Below are positions 58,277-64,000 of a DNA stretch of 64,000 bases, piece by piece. The notes under the pieces were generated by a model that saw only the letters and a list, made by a program, of their open reading frames with translations, had not been told where the DNA came from and did no database searches. Position numbers and translations under genes: made by a program. Source of the DNA: a virus; the IMG/VR virus record IMGVR_UViG_3300034018_003010. One strand, written 5' to 3'. Within the stretch, counting starts at the first letter, position 1. Every line of letters starts with the position of its first letter.

Positions 58277-58672
58277 ATGAGTAAGAAGAATACAAAGAAG
58301 CATTTTGAAAAAAGAAAAGCTAGAGAAAAGGCTGTAAAGAAAAAGATAGCAGAATCTAGAGTTTTTATTAGAAAAGAAAGAAGATTTGAAAGAGAGAGAG
58401 AGGAAGCTTTGGAACGAGAATTTGCACAAAAACAAAATTATGGTCTCTCGGAAGAAGAAGTCAAACAAAAGATAGCAGATAGCTGGAAAATGCTAGAGGC
58501 TATTAATGAGCATCATGATGCCGAAGATTATAAAAAAGCTGCTGCTTTGCAAGAGCTAAAGGAACAGTTAGAAAAAGCACAAAAATTAGTCGATGCAAAA
58601 GCAGCTCGAACTGAAGAAAAAAAGCCGGAAAACCAAGAAGAGCCAAAAAATCTCGATGCTCCGGTGGAATAA
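58277..58672 (+). CDS. Charged hypothetical protein
   Basis: AGGAG SD; 131 aa. Confidence 0.7.
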   Translation: MSKKNTKKHFEKRKAREKAVKKKIAESRVFIRKERRFEREREEALEREFAQKQNYGLSEEEVKQKIADSWKMLEAINEHHDAEDYKKAAALQELKEQLEKAQKLVDAKAARTEEKKPENQEEPKNLDAPVE

Positions 58673-58686
58673 TTTTCTTCCATCCG

Positions 58687-58771
58687 TATAATACATACAT
58701 AGTCGAAGACAATGTGTCTTAGACAAACTTTTGTTACTTTATTTACTTTTTTTACCAAGGAGTCACACATC
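58687..58771 (+). promoter_or_regulatory. SSB gene leader: -10 box, hairpin, long unstructured U-rich tract, SD
   Basis: TATAAT 58687-92; GTCgAAGACA-atg-TGTCTTaGAC; U-rich 58728-58753; AAGGAG 58757-62. Confidence 0.55.
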
Positions 58772-59719
58772 ATGTCAAAAGATTACGGTATTGCTGATTT
58801 TAATGAAGAGGAAATGGCTCAGGATTCTTCTTCCAACCAAAAGTCTAATCGGGTAATGGACTCATATGTTAAGATGCCAGAAGGCAAAGGTTTTGTTTTA
58901 CTGCGCCTTTTGCCTGCTCTTAAGGGCAAAGCCAACTTTGTAGCCACCCGCCTCCATCGACTAGGTACTGCTAGCTATCATTGCAGTCGAGTTCGTACCA
59001 AGACCCCCAAGGGTCCCATGTGGATCAACGCTAGTGGCAATCCCAAGGACGATTGTCCTATCTGCCAAGAATATGGCAGGTTGTGGAAAGTTTCCAACAA
59101 TCAGGCTGGCGAGGAGCAAGTTAGGACTCAGAACGAGGCCCGATTGCTCAAGCCCAATGAACGCTATTACTGGAATTGCATTGTTCGTACCTACACACGC
59201 AACAATGTAACCGAAAAGAATGTTGGTCCGTTGATTTACAGTTGTGGCAAAGTGGTGCAAACCATTATTGCTGACAACATTGCTGGTAATGACACTACTG
59301 GCATTCGTCGTCTGGGCAACATTCTACATCCTGCTACTGGCAGGGACTTTAGACTTGTAAAAAACATTTCTAAAGGAAATGGTGGCTTTGAGTATCCTAA
59401 TTACGCCCAGTCAGTATTTGAGGATGTTAGCCCTCTGGGAAGCGAAGACGAAATCACTCTGTGGCTTGCCAATTTGCACGATCTAGAATCTCTTCTGGAT
59501 ATTCGTCCTAGAGAGCAACTGATTGAAGCTTTGCGGGAGTTTAAGACTGGTGGTTCGGATGGCGTTCCTTTGTGGGAGCAATCTTCTGCTCCAGTTCAAG
59601 CGAAGCCTGCTGCTCCAGCAGCTCAAAAGTCCGCTTCCACACCTAAACAGCCCGATATTGAGAGCATGGGTATCGATATGGATGATGATTTGAGCAATGT
59701 TCTTGATAATTTGGGTTAA
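58772..59719 (+). CDS. Single-stranded DNA-binding protein (T4 gp32-like)
   Basis: LRLLP, DCPICQ, RYYWNCIVR, GRDFRLVK..YPNYAQS.F, acidic C-terminal tail. Confidence 0.9.
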   Translation: MSKDYGIADFNEEEMAQDSSSNQKSNRVMDSYVKMPEGKGFVLLRLLPALKGKANFVATRLHRLGTASYHCSRVRTKTPKGPMWINASGNPKDDCPICQEYGRLWKVSNNQAGEEQVRTQNEARLLKPNERYYWNCIVRTYTRNNVTEKNVGPLIYSCGKVVQTIIADNIAGNDTTGIRRLGNILHPATGRDFRLVKNISKGNGGFEYPNYAQSVFEDVSPLGSEDEITLWLANLHDLESLLDIRPREQLIEALREFKTGGSDGVPLWEQSSAPVQAKPAAPAAQKSASTPKQPDIESMGIDMDDDLSNVLDNLG

Positions 59720-59736
59720 TAATTAGAAATCATTTT

Positions 59737-59772
59737 AACAGGGGGGTCAAATTTGACCCCCCTGTTTTTTTT
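59737..59772 (+). terminator. Rho-independent terminator
   Basis: Perfect palindrome AACAGGGGGGTCAAA/TTTGACCCCCCTGTT followed by a T run. Confidence 0.88.
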
Positions 59773-59832
59773 TGAAAATAATATTGAATTGAACTGAATA
59801 ATAACTACAATTCATAGAAAAGGAGATCTGAT

Positions 59833-61050
59833 ATGGCTCGTTCCAAAAAAGAAGCTGATGACGATATTTTTGCCTCTCTGGCCAGTGAAACTGGTGGAGA
59901 AGTAGTTGGTGAAGGCGAAAAGGCTTCTAAATATTTTATTGATACTGGCAATCTAGCAATTAATTATTGTTGTTCTGGCAAGTTTATGACTGGTGGTGTG
60001 CCGGGCGGAAGACTAACAGAGATTTATGGACCAAGCGCAAGCTCTAAGTCTCTTCTTGGCACCAATCTTTTATTTGGATGCCAAAAGCTTGGTGGTGTTC
60101 CGATCCTTATTGATAGTGAAAATGCTATCAATAAAGAATTTATCCAGAAGGCATCACACGCAGATCTTAAGAAGATTGTAAGATATACACCAGAAACACT
60201 TGAGAAGTGCTTTCATGTGATGTATCGTGCAATTGAACATGTTAGATCAAACAAGAAGTACGCAGAAGCTCCAATTGTTATAGTTTATGATTCTATTTCT
60301 GTAAGTCCTTGTGCAAGAGAGTTCAGGGAAACAGAACTTCCAGATGATTTCACAAAAGAACAATTCAAAAAAATTGTTGGTGGCAACGAACAACCGGGCG
60401 AAAGAGCAAAAATTTGTAGTAAAGAGTTGAGAAAACTCAATACTATAATGGAAGAAAACAATGTCTCTGTTGTTATAATGAACCAAATTAGAGATAAAAT
60501 TGGAATAATGTACGGGAACCCAGAAACTACCGCAGGTGGCGGAAATGCCTTGCCATTTTATGCATCTTTGAGGTTCAGAACACAAACTCAGAAGAAGATT
60601 GAACAGAAAGTTCCTGGTTTGGCCAAAAAGAAAACCATTGGAATAAATGTTAAGATTCAAAACAAGAAAAACCGTAGTGTTCGTCCATTCATTGAAGTGG
60701 AAAACATTCCGTTGTATTTTGAATCTGGTATTCATCCTCTTGGTGGCCTGTTAGGCGCTTTGTTGGATGCAGACCGCATTTCTGCTCTTGGTGCTGGCAA
60801 TTTCAAAGTGAAGCCAGAATACGCAGATGGAAAAGATGACTATAAGTTTAAATCATCTATGGAAAGGAATGATGTTCCAATTGAAGTTTTGTTGGATTGT
60901 CCAGCTTTGATCGATGGCTCATCTAGAGATGAAGTGGAAAAATATTTAGAGCCATTCAAAGCGGCTATTGATGCCACCAATTCACCTGATGTTGAGGCCT
61001 TTGATGCAGGTGATTCTGATGATGAAGAAATTGATGGTATTCTTGGTTAA
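59833..61050 (+). CDS. uvsX: RecA/UvsX recombinase
   Basis: IDTG..GGVPGGRLTEIYGPSASSKS, IDSENA, VYDSI, NQIRDKIGIMYGNPETTAGGGNALPFYASLR. Confidence 0.95.
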   Translation: MARSKKEADDDIFASLASETGGEVVGEGEKASKYFIDTGNLAINYCCSGKFMTGGVPGGRLTEIYGPSASSKSLLGTNLLFGCQKLGGVPILIDSENAINKEFIQKASHADLKKIVRYTPETLEKCFHVMYRAIEHVRSNKKYAEAPIVIVYDSISVSPCAREFRETELPDDFTKEQFKKIVGGNEQPGERAKICSKELRKLNTIMEENNVSVVIMNQIRDKIGIMYGNPETTAGGGNALPFYASLRFRTQTQKKIEQKVPGLAKKKTIGINVKIQNKKNRSVRPFIEVENIPLYFESGIHPLGGLLGALLDADRISALGAGNFKVKPEYADGKDDYKFKSSMERNDVPIEVLLDCPALIDGSSRDEVEKYLEPFKAAIDATNSPDVEAFDAGDSDDEEIDGILG

Positions 61051-61061
61051 GGAGGCTGGGC

Positions 61062-61325
61062 ATGGACGCTTCAAGAAAAAGATATGAAGTTGAAAATATT
61101 ATTTTTTCTTCTTTAGAAGATTTGGTTGATGTCGATGTTGAAACCATAGACAGATCAAAATCTTTTTTGGAATATGGAATGGATAGCATTGATTGTTTAG
61201 ATTTTTTATATCAAGTGGAGGACAAATTAGATTTAAGCAGAAAATTAGATCATTCCGATGTTGGCGATGTTTTGTCTGTAGATAGCGTTTTGAATGCTAT
61301 AGACAAAAAGATTAAACTGATTTAA
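61062..61325 (+). CDS. Acyl carrier protein-like
   Basis: Acidic 87 aa; SFLEYGMDSIDCLDFLYQVEDKL contains the GxDS phosphopantetheine site; AAGGAGG SD. Confidence 0.85.
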   Translation: MDASRKRYEVENIIFSSLEDLVDVDVETIDRSKSFLEYGMDSIDCLDFLYQVEDKLDLSRKLDHSDVGDVLSVDSVLNAIDKKIKLI

Positions 61326-61599
61326 TCTTTTTTGTTCTAACAGAAAGTTCTGGTCTTTTTGCTGGAGGTTTAATAGCGGAAAGAACTTCGTACTCTTCTG
61401 TATAATCAATGTAATTTTGATTACAAAAAGCCTTTGCCAGTCCATTCATGGTGAGGGCTTTTATTTTTTTTGATTTGACATAAAACATTTGTAGATTGAA
61501 ATTTTTTGCGAATTGTGAAATCGCTTCTAAATATTTTTCATTACAGAAGTACTTTCTACCAGTACTGTCCTGCAACATTATAAAAATATATTCATTCAT
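61312..61599 (-). CDS. Hypothetical protein
   Basis: 95-aa ORF. Confidence 0.55.
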   Translation of the reverse strand: MNEYIFIMLQDSTGRKYFCNEKYLEAISQFAKNFNLQMFYVKSKKIKALTMNGLAKAFCNQNYIDYTEEYEVLSAIKPPAKRPELSVRTKKIKSV

Positions 61600-61644
61600 G
61601 GAATTAAACCTATAAAGAACTGTATAATTATATGGAGAAAATTC

Positions 61645-62553
61645 ATGTTTTCAAAATGTTATAGAAGATTTGGTGTTGAAATCGAATATAATTCTTTTGA
61701 TAAATTAAGCAGATCTGTCGGATTTAATGGATTGCCTAGCGGGATTTATAATATTGCAGACATTTTGTCCGATGTTTTAAAAGAAGAAATTGAAATTAAT
61801 AGATGGCACAATACAAATAATAACAATTTATGGGTTGTCAAGCCAGATTCTAGTTGTGGAATTGAAGTTTGCAGCCCTCCAAAAATACATCATAATGTTT
61901 TAGATCAAATATACAATAGCATTAATGCGATTTCAAAAAATAATTTTATTGAAGCTGATAATAGGTGTAGTTTTCATATTCATGTTGAAATTGAAGATTT
62001 TGATGATGAAAATTTAAAAAGTATAGTTTACAATTGGTTGATTTTTGAACCTATATTTTTTGCTTGCTGCTCATCTAACAGATGGATTAACAATTATTGC
62101 AAACCACTATCTTTTAGTTTTAATATTAGTAATACTGATTTTATTGATTCGATTTTAGATAGCTTGATGGAAAACAAGTATTTTGCAATAAATTTATGCA
62201 ACTACAAAAAAAAGAAAAAAAGAACTGTAGAAATACGAATAATGGGTGGAGAAGCGTGTTTATCTCCCGATTTAGCTTTAAATTGGTGTAAATTAATATT
62301 ATGCTTTGTAGAACAATGTAAAAAAAATACTTTAAAACCAAATTATTCTGATATAAATTATGGTAGTTTTAAAGACTTTGATATGTTAATGAACTTGGAT
62401 GATTTTTTTGGAAATAACAAAATGAAACTCTGGGTAAAAGAAAGGGTTAAAATTATATATGATATGTTTAAAGATTCGGCTGATTTAAATATTTTGACAT
62501 GGCTAAAGATAATTGAGAATTATGATGAAAGAAGAGGAGATTTTAATGCTTAA
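61645..62553 (+). CDS. Putative amidoligase (COOH-NH2 ligase, phiEco32-like)
   Basis: FGVEIE, WVVKPDSSCGIEVCSPP, CSFHIHV, KYFAIN, TVEIR. Confidence 0.85.
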   Translation: MFSKCYRRFGVEIEYNSFDKLSRSVGFNGLPSGIYNIADILSDVLKEEIEINRWHNTNNNNLWVVKPDSSCGIEVCSPPKIHHNVLDQIYNSINAISKNNFIEADNRCSFHIHVEIEDFDDENLKSIVYNWLIFEPIFFACCSSNRWINNYCKPLSFSFNISNTDFIDSILDSLMENKYFAINLCNYKKKKKRTVEIRIMGGEACLSPDLALNWCKLILCFVEQCKKNTLKPNYSDINYGSFKDFDMLMNLDDFFGNNKMKLWVKERVKIIYDMFKDSADLNILTWLKIIENYDERRGDFNA

Positions 62554-62989
62554 ATGCCCAAATTTGTTTGAGTGGAAAGACAAGATTATACTTTTGGGTG
62601 AAATACTTAGGCCTTTTAGCTACCCTCATATTTCAATAAATTTAGAGTATAAATTAACGCCTTTTAGATCTTGGCGCACTGATATAGATGGATATGATGT
62701 TTGTATTCAGTATACAGAAATAATATTAAATGGAAACATATTAAGAAATATACAGATTTATTCTATAAATTTGTTTTCTTTGCCTTTTCATGTTTCATTT
62801 AAAATATCTCAAATATTATTGGGGAATGATCCTACCACAGTTTATTTTTCATTTGTTAAAGATAATAAAAAGGTTATATCTTGGAGTCGAATGGAAAATT
62901 TAAGTGGAAATGAAATAGAATTAAAAAAACAACAAACAGAGCTTCATGAGTATATGGGAAAGCAATTTTCTGTTATAACATCATTCTAA
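62546..62989 (+). CDS. Hypothetical protein
   Basis: GAGGAG SD before ATG 62546. Confidence 0.6.
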   Translation: MLKCPNLFEWKDKIILLGEILRPFSYPHISINLEYKLTPFRSWRTDIDGYDVCIQYTEIILNGNILRNIQIYSINLFSLPFHVSFKISQILLGNDPTTVYFSFVKDNKKVISWSRMENLSGNEIELKKQQTELHEYMGKQFSVITSF

Positions 62990-63057
62990 AATTATACATA
63001 TTTTTATTAACTCGAAGATCATAAATACTGTTGGACCTTTTTACATAAAGGGACAGT

Positions 63058-63357
63058 ATGAAATCTAATAAAATTCAGTGTCTTCTTATAAACCATCTTC
63101 AAAAATATGGTCACATACAACTTAATCTTCCAGATAACGTTGTTTTAGAAATCGGGATTACCGAAGAAGACAAACAAGGTAATTTTAAAAAATCCGAAGA
63201 ATATTGCTGGGTTATTGCTCAAAGAGAAAACAGAGCAGCTTGCCTAGACAGTTACAATCTTGGGATTAGCTTTGAGGACAAAGAAAAAGCAATAGTTCTT
63301 GAAGATAGTTTCATAGACTCTGCAGGAATGCAAATAAGACAGTTAAACGTAGTTTAA
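63058..63357 (+). CDS. Hypothetical protein
   Basis: 99-aa ORF with AAGGGA SD. Confidence 0.65.
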   Translation: MKSNKIQCLLINHLQKYGHIQLNLPDNVVLEIGITEEDKQGNFKKSEEYCWVIAQRENRAACLDSYNLGISFEDKEKAIVLEDSFIDSAGMQIRQLNVV

Positions 63358-63365
63358 TTCAAGAT

Positions 63366-64000
63366 TTTCGAGCCAAGGAATCCCCCCTGACTTTAGTCGG
63401 GGGAGGAATTGGCTCATAAATAAAATTTTAGTTGAAAAAATCATTCAACCTACTATATAATAATAACATGAAGACTGTGATACAAGCAAAAATTCTGGCA
63501 TCCAAAGAAGAGTCCAAAGCATTATTGGATACGATGCAAGTTTTTAACCAAGCTTGCCAAGAAATTGCCGAAGTTTGCTACAAAGAAAAATTAACATCAC
63601 AATTTAAAATTCAGAAATTGGTTTACCACGAAATTAAATATAAATATAAATTATCAGCACAGTTGGTAATCTTGGCAATCTGTAAAGCTTGTCAGTCTTA
63701 TGCAAAAAATACAAAAGTTTGTCCTAAAATTAAAAAACATTCTGCCATGACTTATGATCCAAGATGTTTGACATTTAAAGGATTAACCCATGTAAGCATT
63801 AGTACAATTCATGGCAGAAAAAAATATGCAATACAAATAAGAGATTACTTCCAAGGCAATGCAAAAAGAATCAAAGGACAAGTAGACTTGTTGTATAAAA
63901 ACAATGAGTTTTATTTGTATGCTACTTGTGAAACACCGGAAGACCTTGAATACAAACCAGTTGATATTCTGGGAATTGATCTTGGTGTAACTAATATTGC
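63366..64000 (+). mobile_element. IS200/IS605-family (tnpB-only, IS1341-like) element, left end and 5' part
   Basis: LE hairpin GAGCCAA-ggaa-TCCCCCCTGAC-ttta-GTCGGGGGA-ggaa-TTGGCTC (63370-63415) after a GAT junction, followed directly by tnpB; no tnpA between them. Confidence 0.88.
63468..64000 (+). CDS. tnpB: RNA-guided endonuclease TnpB (3'-truncated by window, not in ORF track)
   Basis: MKTVIQAKILASKEESKALLDTMQVFNQACQ..LSAQLV..YDPR..STIHGR..LLYKNNEFYL..DILGIDLGVTNIA (RuvC-I GIDLG). Confidence 0.92.
   Translation, partial: MKTVIQAKILASKEESKALLDTMQVFNQACQEIAEVCYKEKLTSQFKIQKLVYHEIKYKYKLSAQLVILAICKACQSYAKNTKVCPKIKKHSAMTYDPRCLTFKGLTHVSISTIHGRKKYAIQIRDYFQGNAKRIKGQVDLLYKNNEFYLYATCETPEDLEYKPVDILGIDLGVTNI

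Noticed and set aside
59737-59772. G6/C6 palindrome containing GTCAA, superficially like the IS scars
   Set aside because: Lacks GAGCCAAG and the GAT junction; position and T-run fit an ordinary terminator.
63011-63020. CTCGAAGATC, reverse complement of the IS junction GAT|CTTCGAG
   Set aside because: Only 10 bp, with no hairpin or TCAA end; could be a further-decayed scar but chance cannot be excluded.
1-64000. Stop-codon reassignment, as seen in some large phages
   Set aside because: Conserved genes are full length under the standard code and end in TAA, TAG and TGA.
1-64000. Host assignment from pyrG, ACP or DUF3027-like genes
   Set aside because: Cannot be supported without phylogenetic searches.

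Overview
A gene-dense, AT-rich 64-kb segment of a large tailed dsDNA phage with a T4-like (contractile-tail) gene set; standard genetic code, and no rRNA, tRNA or CRISPR array seen. Left to right: (i) 1-15.6 kb, virion-appendage genes (RCC1 propellers, 13 He_PIG Ig-like repeats, a cupredoxin-like domain, long mucin-like Thr/Pro tracts) followed by two GT2 glycosyltransferases, two SAM methyltransferases and a Hef-like endonuclease; (ii) 15.7-34.8 kb, neck, tail terminator, sheath, tube and baseplate-hub genes, a gp55-like late sigma factor and probable head-internal proteins; (iii) 34.8-63.4 kb, nucleotide metabolism, recombination and replication genes (Hjc resolvase, GATase, CTP synthase, intein-containing RNR, gp46/47, RecD/Dda, UvsW, PolA-like, gp41, UvsY, dCMP deaminase, gp32, UvsX, ACP, amidoligase); (iv) the left end and 5' part of an IS200/IS605 tnpB element, with three 46-48 bp LE/RE chimeric scars of the same family elsewhere in the window. 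The best candidate for an undescribed system is a ~450-nt, extensively base-paired + strand RNA (~51145-51600, 5' and 3' ends paired, own promoter) lying directly upstream of a family-A DNA polymerase that keeps catalytic motifs A/B/C but lacks the thumb subdomain and has a degenerate exonuclease. All calls were made by eye from motifs; no database search or folding program was run.
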